A stretch of 63,831 nucleotides of DNA, filler included, from Octopus bimaculoides (GCF_001194135.2; 7 parts of 7 records of this genome joined end to end with filler, not necessarily neighbours in it); one strand, 5' to 3'. Positions 11,000 through 24,383 are shown, counted from the first letter of the whole stretch. Translations and numbers: made by a program. The notes: a model not told the origin generated them from the letters alone.

Positions 11000-13232
11000 T
11001 TCCTACCTCCAGTAGGGGCAACAATCTTAACATGCTTGAATGTTTGAATGATGACAGGTTGAAAGTGAGAACAGGTGTAGCATGTCAATTGAACAAACAC
11101 AAAAACCTTCTTTTCAGGTACTGAATAACATGCCTCCTCCCACATTCCTTTCACTGTTTTTAGAGTTGGCACTGTCAATGTAGGCATACTGAAAGGTAGG
11201 TCTAGTGAGATTGTAGAGATGCTTGAACAGAGACATGTTGATGTATGCTGCATACAAGAGGTAAGGTGGAGAGGAGCTTCAGCCAGGGTCCTCACAGGCA
11301 AGGCACATAGGTATAAAATTTTCTGGGACAGTAACAGTAATGGAGTAGGGGGTGTAGGCATATTTCTTGTGAAGAAATGGGTGGATAAGGTCATAGAGGT
11401 AGTCAGGGTATGCGACAGAGTGCTTAAGCTCCAGCTAGTCTTACAGAATAGTATAGTTACAAATATCTCTACTCACACCTTACAAGTGGGCCTACAAAAC
11501 GATCAGAAGGACCACTTTTATGATGCCCTTCTACAGGCCACCTCAAAGACGAGTGGCAATGACCTCATCTTTGTGGCTGGATATTTTAATGGGCATGTCG
11601 GACAGCAATCCGGTATCTTCCATGGGGTTCACGGGGGCCATGGAATTGGTTCCCAAAAAGAAAAGGCAACTAGGCTACTGGAGTTCTGTGATCCATGCAA
11701 CCTATTAATCTGCAACACTGATTTCAGGAAGCCAGACAGTCACCTGATAACCTATCAATCAAGTGACTCTGCTAGCCACATTGATTTCATTCTCACCAGA
11801 CAGCAGGATGTAGGGTTGCTCTTAAATACAAAGAACCTCACTGGTGAAGAATGTATCCCCACCCCCAGCATAGACTAGTTATTAATGACTTTAGACTCGA
11901 TACTAAAAGAATGCCAAGAAGCAGAACAATCCAGAAAAGAAGGATTTGGAAGCTAAAGAACCCTTCACATGGTCAGAGATTTAGGGACATCCTCACTGAG
12001 GAAAATTAATGAGAGGGAGGAGAAGCTACAGACTGCGGACATAGAAGGTAAATGGAAATTTCTATGGGACAGCTTACTGAGTGTCACAGACCAAATTTAT
12101 GGCTGGTGCAAAGTCCCTTCCAGACCTAGAGTAAAATAGTGGTGGAATAATACTGTAGACAAGGCCATTAGAGCAAAGAAACAGGCTTGGAAATCCTAGA
12201 AGAGTGGGGGTAGCAGGAAACTGTACCAGATAGTCAGAAGGGAGGCTGGGCGACAGGTATACATAGCCAAGGGAGAAGCAGAAAAGAAGAAGTTTGCCAA
12301 TTTTCAGCAACGTGAGGACCAACGAACTGAAGTATTTCAGATTGCAAGACAGTGTGTGAGAGAAAATTGTGATGTCATGGGAGAGAAATGTGTCTGCATG
12401 AATGATGGTGCACTTGCTTCTAATGATTCTGAAAAGAAAGAGGCTTGGAGAAGCCATTATAAAAGGCTGCTGAATGTTGAGAAAGAATGGGAGGAGGTGA
12501 TCCTGCCAAATGTTGACCCAGTAGAGGGACCAGATACCCGAATAGATACCACCCTGGTAGATAAAGCAATTAAGGGTATGAAGTCAGGAAAAACTCCTGT
12601 TGAGATGCTTAAAATATCTGGTGGTGTGGGTCATGGGGTAGTCATCCTTATTGTAATCCAGGTAGTTTATGAAGGAGTCATACCCAATGACTGGCGTAGC
12701 AGCAACATAGTCAACTGCTACAAGGGTAAAGGTGATGCTTTAGACAGAAATAACTACAGGGGGGTATCAAACTGCTCGATCAGGTGATGAAGGTCATAGA
12801 GAAGGTCATAACCCATCTCATTAGGGAGAGAGTCTGCTTAGATGAGATGCAGTTGGGTTTTGAGCCAGGTAGAAGCACCACTGATGCTATATTCCTGGTA
12901 CAGCAACTGCAGGAGAAATACCTAGCCAAAGATAAACCAATATACTTCGCTTTTGTTGACTTGGAGAAAGCCTTTGACAGGGTCCCTCGATCCCTTATCT
13001 GGCGGGTGATTCAAAAACTGGATATTGAAGAGTAGTTAATAAGATCTGTACAGGCCTTGTACAGGAATGCCGTTAATAAGGTAAGGGTCAGCAATGAGTA
13101 TAGCGAAGAATTCCGGGTTCACCAAGGGGTTCACTAAGAATCAGGTCTCAGGCCCCTCTTATTCATCATAGTCCTCCAGGCAATAACAGAGGAATTCAAG
13201 ACAGGCTGTCCCTGAGGATCTTGCTCTCATAG
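11000..13232 (+). mobile_element. RTE-clade LINE (APE endonuclease plus RT), decayed and 3'-truncated
   Basis: GTVNVGILKG...VCCIQEVRW...VAGYFNGHVG...SHIDFIL (APE); KGKGDALDRNNYRG..., QLGFEPGRSTTDAIF...FAFVDLEKAFDRVPR (RT). The YADD segment is deleted near 13215; frameshifts and stops present. Confidence 0.92.
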
Positions 13233-13238
13233 CAGAAT

Positions 13239-13275
<37 letters not shown>

Positions 13276-14338
13276 NNNNNNNNNNATATATATATATATA
13301 TATATATGCATATGTATGTATGTATGTATGTATGTGTGTGTGTGTATATATATATGTAATATATATACATGTAATACATATATACAATACATATGCATAT
13401 ATATATATATATATGGGAGAATATACAAATAATAACAANNNNNNNNNNNNNNNNNNNNNNNNNNNNNNNNNNNNNNNNNNNNNNNNNNNNNNNNNNNNNN
13501 NNNNNNNNNNNNNNNNNNNNNNNNNNNNNNNNNNNNNNATGCTACTCCATTTATTTAAGTAATGCGAGCATTACATTAAATGCAATACGTAGAGCAATCT
13601 TCAGCTGCACAGACATATTATAATTGTGGGAACATTTAAAATCCAAGTGGGAAGAAGAATACATAAAAATCCACCTTGACATAGCCAAGGCTAGCAGGCT
13701 AGTAATTAGTTCTAGGTAGAATTCTAACTGTCTCTGATTTTATTGTCTCTTATCTAGTGATTATAGTATAAGGGGCAATCACTTCTAAGGAAAGGGAAGG
13801 TGTAAGCATTATACATGGATATGGTTATAAAGGTTTCTCTGGTCAGAGTGGCAACACTATTTTAGGTTGGGTTTTTTTTACTGCTATCATAATGTTGGGG
13901 AATAAAACCTTAAGTATTTAGGTCAACAGGGCTTTTTCTTTAGTCTGAATAAAGCATCAGTATTGTTTTACATATACTAAGTATGGGAAATTTATAGATA
14001 TCAATATTAGCTTAATTAATATGTTAATGATAAGAAATGTATGTGTGTTTGTGTGTCTGTGTTTGTCCCTCACCATCACTTGACAACCGATGCTGGTGTG
14101 CTTATGTCCCTGTAACTTAGCGGTTCAGCAAAAAGAGACGGATAGAATAAGTACTAGGCTTACAAAGAATAAGTCCTGGGATCAAGTTGCTCAACTAAAG
14201 GCGGTGCTCCAGCATGGCCACAGTCAAATGACTGAAACAAGTAAAAGAGTAAAAAGGGTATATAATCTCTATATGTATATATGGTATATATATANNNNNN
14301 NNNNNNNNNNNNNNNNNNNNNNNNNNNNNNNNNNNNNN

Positions 14339-14350
14339 TTAATTAATTAA
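14339..14350. other. Assembly linker TTAATTAATTAA inside an N-run (artefact)
   Basis: The identical 12-mer sits centred in N-runs at 14339, 30412, 43245, 58962, 60460 and 62622. Confidence 0.9.
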
Positions 14351-14748
14351 NNNNNNNNNNNNNNNNNNNNNNNNNNNNNNNNNNNNNNNNNNNNATATAC
14401 TCTCTTTACTCTTTTACTTGTTTCAGTAATTTGACTGTGGCCATGCTGGAGCACCGCCTTTTAGTCGAGCAAATCGCCCCCCAGACTTATTCTTTGTTAG
14501 CCTAGTACTTATTCTATTGGTCTCTTTTGCCAAACCACTAATTTACAGGGACATAAACACACCAGCATTGGTTGTCAAGCGATGTTAGGGGAACAAACAC
14601 ATATATACGATGGGCTTCTTTCCGTTTCCATCTACCAAATCCACTCACAAGGCTTTGGTCGGTCTGAGGCTATAGTAGAAGACACTTACCCAAGGTGCCA
14701 TGCAGTGGGACTGAACCCGGAACCATGTGGTTCGTAATCAAGCTACTT

Positions 14749-16082
14749 TATTTCATTTAAATTTGCCACAAGGGCAGTACATAGAAAAGTAGAGTAGTTG
14801 CAGGCTGGACGTAAACATTAATGAACATGAATGATTATGAAATGGTACAAGATGGGGGAGAATGAATGACGCCTACCAATCGACACCTCCTGAAAACATT
14901 GTTCTTTTTTTTTTAAAAAAACACATTGAGGTTTTAAACCTCTTACACTAAGGCAAATTTGAGGTTTCCCTCTTAGAAAGAAAAAAACATTATATAAATT
15001 CTGAAGAGGCACTAGTCCTCTAAACAATTTGGCTCCTTCAAGGCAGTTCCTAGCTTTTACATTCTGGTTGCACACCATGCTTACAAATGAGTCTTTGGGG
15101 AAGATCTCAACAATCCTGCTGTGGATGTTTTCGGGTACGATCTCCCCAGCTATGTGCAAAGGCCACTCCGGGACATCCAAACAGCTCAGTTCGTATCCTT
15201 CCCCCCTACTAGCTTATATATTTTTGCTTGTACACCCCCTCCCTCCAGACAAAAGATAATATATTCTTTCAGGTTGAGGGGGTCTGTACACTCCATCGTG
15301 GGCATACTTCCCCTTGACGGAGTTTCCTCCTCCTTTAGTGGCACAATTCCCACTGAAGGAGTCTCAATCTCTGCCGGCAGCACACTACCTGCTACCGGCC
15401 TTGTTTCTTTTTTCCCCTTCTTTACAGGAGGAGGAGGCTCCTTCATTTTTATCCGAAGGTTTTCCTCCTCTCCTGCCTCTGAGGGGTCTTTCGGTGAGGG
15501 ACTGTTGTTGCCCACCTTTTTCCTTTTTCTCGACCTCCTTTTCGGGGAGGTCTTCACCTCCCCTACAGTCGCCGCCTCTTTTTCCTTGGGCAGCTCATCC
15601 ATAGAAGGCTGAGATGCATCTTCGCTAATTAACTGCTCCAGAACCCTGCTTTGGTCCTGGGGGCAGTTCTTTTTCAAATGGCTGGATTCAAGGCACCTGT
15701 GACACTTGGGTGGGTGGCGTCCTTCAAGAATCACTGGGTACCTTGACCCAGCCATCCTCAAAAAGTCTGGAAACACCAGACTAGCAATTTACTGGGACCA
15801 GAGGGTCAAAACCACTTTCGACAGCAAACACACAATTTTGTTTGCAACAACGAACACACATAAAAACTCACCGGAGGCAAGCAAAAATGTCACACAGCTG
15901 GACAACAATTTACTGAAAATAAATAGCAAGCAACAAATTATTGCCCAGCTAAACAACAAAAACGACTTACCTCGGCGAATTTTTCGAATTGTTTCTTCTT
16001 AATTATTTCAATTTGACAGAACCGAAGTTCACGTCAATCTTCTGCGACAAGCACCTCACAAGAACAACGCATGCGTAAGAAT
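14749..16082 (-). mobile_element. TSD-flanked retroposon with an ORF1/Gag-like CCHC zinc-knuckle ORF and no RT
   Basis: 15-bp TSD GTAA(T/G)CAAGCTACTT at 14734-14748 and 16083-16097 splits a SINE head. ORF 15186-15776 contains KCHRCLESSHLKKNCP (C-x2-C-x4-H-x4-C). Confidence 0.75.
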
Positions 16083-16347
16083 GTAAGCAAGCTACTTACC
16101 ACACAGCCACTCCTATGCCTATATATATATATATGCCTATGTTTGTCCTCCTGCCATCGCTTGACAACCGATGCTGGTGTGCTTATGTACCCGTAACTTA
16201 GTAGTTTGGCAAAAGAACCGATAGAATAAGTGCTAGGCTTACAAAGAGTAAGTCCTGGTGTCAATTTGTTCAAGTAAAACTCTTCAAGATGGTGCTCCAG
16301 CATGGCCACAGTCAAATGACTGAACCAAATTAAAGAATCAAAGAATA

Positions 16348-16385
<38 letters not shown>

Positions 16386-16409
16386 TCATCATCATCACCA
16401 TCATCATTA

Positions 16410-17520
16410 TCATCATCATTTAATATCCAATTGTCCATTATGGATGGTTTGACCAGGGCTGGCAAACTGGAAGGCTGCACCAAACTCCAGTCTGATTTGA
16501 CATGATTTCTGCAGCTGGATGCCCTTCCTAATGCCAACCACTCGAAGAGTGTAACGGGTGCTTTTATGTGCCACCGGCATAGTTGCCATTTGTGTGATAT
16601 TGGTATCTGCCATGACTGCAATCTTGGTTGGCTTGATAGGTCTTCTCGAGCATGACATAATGCCAAAGGTCTCAGTTATTGCTTACATGAGGCCCAACAC
16701 TCAAAAGGAACTCAGCCACTTTGCCTCTGTGAGGCTCAACACCCAAATAGAACCTGCCTCCATGAGGCCCAACACTTGAGAAGAACTCAACCACTTTGCC
16801 TCTCCGAGGCCCAAAACTCAAAAGGGACTCGACCACTTTGCCTCCATTAGGCCCACACTTGAAAGGAACCCACCACTTTGCCTCCATGAGGACCAACACT
16901 TGAAATGTGCTCTTTATACGCCACCGGCACAGGTGCCAGTTATATGACAACAGCATCAGTCATGATTATGATTTCACTAGGCTTCATGGGTCTTCTCAAG
17001 CATAGCATATTGCCAAAGATCTCGGTCATTGGTCATTGCCTCTGTGAGGCTCAAAGCTCGAAGATCATGCTTCACCACCTCATCCCATGTCTTCCTGGGT
17101 CTACCTCTACCACAGGTTCCCTCCACAGTTAGTGATCGGCGCTTCTTTACACAACTGTCCTCGTCCATATGCATCACATGACAATACTAGTGCAGTTGTC
17201 TCTCTTGCACATCACATCTGATGCCCTATGTGCATAATTTTTCTCTCAAGATGCTTACAGTCTGTCAAACATGTACGCTTATATTGCACATCCAGTGAAG
17301 CATACTGGCTTCATTTTTTTCAAGCCCACACATGTCCTCAGCTATCACAGCACATGCTTCATTGCCATGTAGCATAGCTGTATGCACACAAGCATCATAC
17401 AATCTGCCTTTCACTCTGAGAGAGAGGCCTTTTGTTGCCAGCAGAGGTAGGATCTCTCTAAACTTTGTCCAGCCTAATCTTATTCTCATGGCTACACACT
17501 TGGAACATTCAACTCTGCTA
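16410..17520 (-). mobile_element. RTE LINE 3' part (RT C-terminus plus 3' UTR)
   Basis: MRIRLGWTKFREILPLLATKGLSLRVKGRLYDACVHTAMLHGNE... and ...GRGRPRKTWDEVVKHDL..., followed by the tandem 3' UTR units. Confidence 0.88.
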
Positions 17521-17553
17521 CTAGCTCGAAAACCCTACAAAGGCCAGTCAGGC

Positions 17554-17587
<34 letters not shown>

Positions 17588-17749
17588 TGTACGTATTGTC
17601 GTCGTCGTTTAACATCCGCTTTCCATGCTAGCATGGGTTGGACGATTTGACTGAGGACTGGTGAAACCAGATGGCTACACCAGGCTCCAATCTGATTTGA
17701 CAGTGTTTCTACAGCTGGATGCCCTTCCTAAAGCCAACCACTCAGAGAG

Positions 17750-18010
17750 TTTCAGGTGTGGAAGCAAGGTTTAAAATCGAAGGGCCTTAGAGTCAATGTC
17801 ACAAAAACCAAAGTCCTAGTAAGTCACACACTCCTTCAGGTAGATGGCCCTGCTCAACCTGTAGAAAAAGTGTAGGTAGAAACTCCATAAGATGTACCGA
17901 GTGTAAGCTCTGGACATATAAGAGGTGTAGCAACATCAAAGAGAATTGCTATACAGGATGTGAAACTCGTGTTTCTGGAAGTGATGTTTTGTGTTAACAC
18001 AACAGGCCAC
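17750..18010 (+). mobile_element. RTE LINE internal fragment with Cys-rich module
   Basis: GLRVNVTKTKVL followed, after a frameshift, by WPCSTCRKSVGRNSIRCTECKLWTYKRCSNI. Confidence 0.7.
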
Positions 18011-18486
18011 AATGTGTAAAATGAAAGAAAGAAAAGATTAAAAGAGCCAAACATAAATGAATGACCATGAAAGGAACACAACACAAAGCAGGTGCTGTTA
18101 TAAAAGTGAAGCTTCCAACACACCATCTGATAATTGCCAATGGCTGCTAGGCAGATGAAAGTTTATAAACATTCCTTTCAAATTTCTAGGAATATTTTGC
18201 ATTTAGATAATGAACAAATATTTCTTAAAGGTAACCCAGTCATTAAATAATGTAATATATATATCAGGTGTGAGTTATGTATGCTGGGGAAGGAGGTGGG
18301 ATGATGTGAGCTTCCCTCATGACTGCTGACATATCATAAGCAATTTTTCACAAGTTTGTGATAACAGACTGTAATAATTCAGCTTGTTTTCAATATTTTA
18401 TTATTAGTAATACAATTTACTGCAATAATTTTACTTGTTTTCATTATTTTATTATTAGCAACAACTTTTGTACCTAGGGAACTTAC

Positions 18487-18598
18487 TCAGTATGCTTGTC
18501 CAACTCCCTAGCCTATGGCGTTCAGTCTCCCATCTGTAATACAACCGCATTAGACGCAGGGCAATTTTTTGATACATTTAGAAATAAGAAAAGTGCAT
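18487..18598 (-). CDS. Candidate upstream exon of the PAN-CUB gene (may contain the start codon)
   Basis: gtatttgcAG| ... ctga|GTAAGT. The frame MYQKIALRLMRLYYRWETERHRLGSWTSIL ends in phase 1, compatible with exon 9017-9259. An in-frame TAA directly precedes the ATG, and there is no recognisable signal peptide. Confidence 0.3.
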
Positions 18599-18879
18599 CT
18601 GCAAATACAGTATATACACACACATATATATATATGCATATACATATAGATATACATATGTATACACCAACTTACACCAGCACATTTACAAATATACTCA
18701 CAATAATATAAATAATATAACTAATATGACAAAAGTCACAAAACTTAATATAAAATATAAGTGTAAAATGACATATCAAATTTGAGTTTTAAGAATTATA
18801 TAACTCATAGGAAAGTTTGAAAGGATACTCAAAATATTCAAATAATTAAATTACAAATACACACACATACATATAAAGC

Positions 18880-19420
18880 GAGATCTGAGAAAAACTGGCT
18901 ACATGAGGCATCAGATGTAGTATGCAAGACAGAAGTCTACACTAGTATAGTCATGTAATGCATATGAATGAAGACAGTTGCATGAAGAGGTGCTGATCTC
19001 TAATTGTGGAGAGAACATGTGGAAAGGATAGACCCAGGAAGATGTTGGATAAAGAGGTGAGAAAGGATCTACAGATGTTGGGCCTCACAGAAGGGATGAC
19101 ATGAGATCGGGACTCCTGGTAATTTACTGTGCTTGGGAAGACACATCAAGCTAAGTAAAACCGTGGTTGTCCTTGCCTACAGGCTTGTCTCCCGCACATC
19201 TCACCAGCTGAGCATTCCTAATCTTGCAGGCTTGTGGGTGCTGTTGCAATATAAAAAGTACCCGGTACACTGTAAAGTGGTTGGCATTAGGAAAGGCAAC
19301 CAGCCAAAGAAACCATGCTAAAACAGACAAGGAGCCTGGGTAGCTCTTCATCTGGCCAGCTCCTGTCAAAGCATCCAAACTTTGCCAGCATGGAAAACAG
19401 ACATGAATGATGATGATGAT
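18880..19420 (+). mobile_element. RTE LINE 3' fragment
   Basis: Colinear with 16977-17230 in opposite orientation (ggaaaggatagacccaggaagatgttgg...). Ends with the ...atgatgatg tail. Confidence 0.7.
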
Positions 19421-20036
19421 GATGCAATACTGATAGTACATATTACAGTATATCACCAGTGTATGTTATCAAGAGCAAATATAGGTACCATACTAGCCAG
19501 AGAATTACATATGCAATTACCATGAAAGAAATATAGACTAAGACCAGTAGACATTACATAACAGGTTTGAAGTAAATGAATATTCTTTTTCTATGATGCA
19601 AACAATTTAGCCTAAGTTCATGTGTCTTATTAAGTAGATTACCTTGATATTTTAATGTCATAGTGTGATACAGCATTGTCTGCAATCATACCTATTATTT
19701 AAATATGGTGAAGCTTTCCTAACTATACCTCAGGCAATTTCAAAATGAATATTACTGTCTCTTAATTTCCACACCTATTCAACCAGAGATGTGACATTAG
19801 CTTTATTATGATGCTTAAAAGATGGAAGATGATTATGTAATCTGAATTTGAAGACAAGAGAAGTTGAGCATATATAGGTGAAGGTGTTAGAGCTGGTTGT
19901 TATATCATACATGTAATCAATATTATTAGTTACCAGGTCCCTTTAAGCAGACAGTTATGCTGGTCTCAAAGGTTGCACTTTCTAGGAGCAACCTGATGAC
20001 TATTTTCACGATTATTATTATTATTATTATTATTGC

Positions 20037-21319
20037 CTTTGCTCAGCTTCTAACACTGGAGATGTATTACAGTGACAGCTGTTCAATACTAGTGAACTAA
20101 GGTAGCACCTATTATTTTTAGAGCACCTTCTGGAGTATTTGAGCATTTCCAAGCAGTGCTGTTTTCTGCAAGTGCTCCACCCTTATTGCAGCCCCTATTT
20201 GTTCCATGTACTTCTCAAGATTTTTGCTTACTGTTCCCAGGGCTCTGACAATTATTGGTACTACTGCTACCTTTTTCATCGACCACAACTGTTTAACTTC
20301 CCAAGCTAACCTGTCATATCTCTCGACTTTTCTTTCTTCCGTATTGCATACCTTGTTGTCAGCCTAATCTATGATCCAGCATAGTTTGTTTTCTTTCTCA
20401 ATTAAGACTATATTCAGCTTCCTATTCTCTATCTCATAGTTGCACTGAATCATAAAATCCCATAGGATCTTTGCATTTCTATTTTCGATGATGCCTTCAT
20501 GTTTGTGGTCATACCAATTTTTTGCTCTGTCAAGTCCATACCTGTTGCAAAGCGTCCAATGGACAAGCCTGGCTATATTGTCATGGCATCTCTTATATTC
20601 CTTCTGGGCTAGTGACGTACATTGGCTGGTAATATACCATACAGTTTCACCGTTTTGTCCACAGATTCTGCACTTAGCACTTTCTGCTGTGTTGTCTATT
20701 CTGTATTTTATGTAATTTGTTCTTAGTGCTTGATCTTGGGCAGCACAAATTAGCACCTCCATTTCCGGTTTTAAATCACTTTTAGTCATCCACAGCCATC
20801 TTTTTTCTCTGTCTGTCTTATCTTCAACATCCCTATGAAATTGATCATGCATTCTTTTCTTTACCCACCTATTTTCAGTTTCATTCGTTTTCAATTTCTT
20901 GTATAATGCTTTATCTTTGCAATCTTTCATCCTACACAAGCATGACCTTCCTACTTCTAATAACAGCAGTTCTGTGGTATTTTTTACATACCATGCTATG
21001 TTGTTTTCTTCTGCGCTAATGCTCTGTTCGCATCCAATAAGTCCTCTTTCCCCTCTTGTTCTTGGCACATACAGTCTGTCTGTGTCACTATTTGGGTGGA
21101 GTGACCCATATCTAGTTAGCAACTTCCTTGTCTTTCTGTCTAAGTTGTTTAGTTCATCTACTGTCCATGCAATTACCCCTGCTCCATATCTAAGGAGTGA
21201 AATCGCTCAGGTGTTAATAGCTTCAATCTTATTCTGTCCATTTAATTTCGACTTAAGGATCAGTCTCAGTCTGTGCAAGTACACCACCTTAAATTTTTCT
21301 GTCATTTCTTTCTCCATCA

Positions 21320-21320
<1 letters not shown>
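20037..21320 (-). mobile_element. R4/Dong-type non-LTR retrotransposon 3' part (zinc knuckle plus restriction-like endonuclease)
   Basis: YGSLHPNSDTDRLYVPRTRGERGL...AAQDQALRTN...KCRICGQNGETVWYITSQC...RCHDNIARLVHW...KILWDF... Both ends abut (TAA)n tracts. Confidence 0.88.
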
Positions 21321-21355
<35 letters not shown>

Positions 21356-21389
21356 GTTATTGTTATTATTATTATTATTATTATTATTC

Positions 21390-21580
21390 AGTAGTTTATT
21401 CTTATAGCGTGCTTTCACTTCACTACCGAGCGCAGCTCTGTGTGCCTTGGGTATGTGCTGTGGTGCTCTTATGTTTACTGTATTGAAAGTGTTTTGCGTA
21501 GGATGTGTGCAGTGCCCAGTAGTGCAATTTTCTGTATGTTATATATATTTGTAAATCCTGGTGTTTTTGTTATGTATTTG

Positions 21581-21581
<1 letters not shown>
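21390..21581 (-). mobile_element. Second, different R4/Dong-type 3' end
   Basis: KYITKTPGFTNIYNIQKIALLGTAHILRKTL* matches the C-terminal 'QK.ALLG.A.IL.K.L' motif. Sandwiched between (TAA)n tracts. Confidence 0.7.
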
Positions 21582-21628
<47 letters not shown>

Positions 21629-21979
21629 AAGGTAGTGAGTTGGCAGACTCGTTAGCACGCCAAGCAAAATGCTTAGCAGTATTTCATCCATTTGCACATT
21701 CTGTATTCAGATTCCACTGAGGTTGACTTTGCCTTTCATCCTTTTGAAGTTGATAGAATAAGTACCAGTTGAGCAATGGGGTTGATGTAATTGACTTACC
21801 CACTCAACCGAAATTGCTGGTTTTGTACCAAAATTTGAAATCATTATCATCATTATCATTATTTTTAATATCCTTAATTGCTTTATCTATCATACTGCTA
21901 CTAGAATGACCAGTTCCCCTGTTGAATCAGCTGTGAAAATACCCTCTTTGTCAGTGAAAATGCACTGTGACAATAAACG

Positions 21980-23190
21980 CTAAGGACACACAGGAAATGA
22001 AATTTTTCAAATGCCCTGGAAGCTCCCTAGCCATAGTAGATAGGTTCTGTCACCTAGGTGACCAAATTAGCAGTAGAGGAGGATGCTCTGAAAGAATAGT
22101 TGCTAGAATAAGTATAGGATGGAGAAAGTTCCTTGCTGAACGATATTTTAGTATCTCGTGTACCTTCAACGAGTTCAAAATTTGATATGTCATTCATGTA
22201 ATACAAGACAAACATTAGCAGGGTGGATGATCTGTAGAAAAGACGTAGGTAGAAACTCCATAAGATGTAGCCAGTGTAAGCTATGGACACATTAGAGGTG
22301 CAGCAATATCAAAGGATGGTCAACTGGGAAGATAGTTTGTGTGTGACAGATGCACAAGGGCAATAAACACTGAAGATGTACAGAAAACAGATTCCATCAC
22401 ATGCCAGTGGAAAAAGCTAGAAGTAGTTGAGAGATTCCGTTACCTGGGTGACCAAGTCAGTAGCAGGGGGGGGGATGCTCTAAGAGCATAGCTGTTAGAA
22501 TAAGAATAGCCTGGGCAAAGTTTAGAGAGCTTCTACTTCTGCTGGTAATAAAGGGCTTCTTGCTCAGATTGAAAGGCAGACTGTATGATGCTTGTGTGTG
22601 AACAGTCATGCTACACAGCAGTGAAACATGGGCTGTGACTGCTGAGGACATGTGTAGGCTTGAAAGAAATGAAGCTAATATGCTCTGTTGGATGTGTAAT
22701 ATCAGTGTGCATACATGACAGTGTAAGAGCCCTGAGAGAAAAGTCGGCATAAGAAGCATCAGATGTGATGTGCAAGGGAGATGACAGTGCAGATATGGTC
22801 ATGTGTTGCATATGAATGAGGACAGCTGTGTGAAGATGTGTCACACCTTCAAACGTTGGACCTCACAGAGGCAATGACAAGCGACTGTGACCATTGGACA
22901 TATGCTATGCTTGAGAAGAACTGGCAAACCAAGTGAGCTCATAGCTGTGACTGATGCCAGTGCTGCCTGACCTGCACCCGTGCCTTGCAAAAAGCACCAT
23001 TTGAACGTGGTCAATGCCAGTGTTGCCTGACTAGCTCCCATGCTGGTGGCATGTAATATGTACCCACTACAGTCTAGGAGTGGTTGGCATTAGGAAGGGC
23101 ACCGAGCTGTAGAAACCTTGCCAGTCCTCAGTCAAACTGTCCAACCCATACCAGCATAGAAAGCGGACGTTAAACGATGATGATGATGAT
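21980..23190 (+). mobile_element. RTE LINE 3' part (RT C-terminus, Cys module, 3' UTR)
   Basis: VDRFCHLGDQISSRGGCSERIVARISIGWRKF, RNSIRCSQCKLWTH, GRLYDACV..., tail ...ggacgttaaacgatgatgat. Internally rearranged. Confidence 0.85.
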
Positions 23191-23676
23191 GATCCCCTTG
23201 CACTATTTCTACCAATTACTACCTCCTTTCTATACCTTCAGCTGTCTTTCTCTCTCTCTCCTCAGCCATACTCCATTTTAGCACCTCTCCTATCTACTAT
23301 CATTCTCAGTGCCCTCTCATATCTACCATTATATCCCTCACTAACAAAAACGTAAATAGAAACATTTACTGTATAAAAAAATTAATCTTATTTTTGCCAT
23401 TGTCAACTCACTGTTTAATAGAAAGATAAGAGTTTCTTCCCTTTCAGGGTGAAAATTATTTTCGGAACATGATCCCATTATGCACTGTTTGGGGTATTTA
23501 TACCCCAAAAATCTCTAATATTTCGAAGGCCACTTTACCAATTTATGTGAAACTTGCTTCATTCTGTTTGCATTAACATTTCAGGGTAAACTTAATGCAT
23601 GGTATTTCCCATTATGCACCAGTTTGGCTGAGTAACATTGCAAACGAGCAAGCAACATTCAAACTGATTTTTAATG

Positions 23677-23715
<39 letters not shown>

Positions 23716-24383
23716 CCAAAGCGTACAGCATTATATATCCATTATGGTAGATCTTACCAATCAGTTTTGTGCTAGGGATTCAACAGCATATTAGGTAACA
23801 ATCCGATTATGTAACCCAACGCTCATCAGAGGTAGCTGATATGGAATGAAATATGGCAACTGCTCTCTATGGTTGGAGGTAACACATCCAGTTTGTCTTG
23901 CTTACTAAGGAGATGGAGGGTGCCTGCAGAGGAGGATGAAGGGCAATTTATAAAATCACTTGTTCCCTTTTATTAATGAAATGCTCAAAAGCTGTCAGCC
24001 CATATTTTCTGGACTGGAAGAAAGGCTCATCCTGAGACATTTTTAAATGTGTCTATATTTCTGTAAGCACTCACTTGCATTGTTTATTTATATTTAAAAT
24101 GGCTACCTCTCTGGTAATAGGGAAGGGCACAAAGTCATAGTGGTTGTAACAGTGTCAATGGTGAAAGAAATTTAAACAGCTCTCCAAATTTTTTAAAAAA
24201 CGCTAAGAGAAAAGCAAAAAGACAATATGATGGGCAAAGATAAACAATTTGAGAACATAAAAAATAATGAGGGCATAAACATCAATTTAAATTATAAAGA
24301 AAGATTGGAAACAGTAACATAACCATCTCCAACAAAAACAACTCATCTTTTGCAAGTGTTATGGATTATAGATATGATAGATA

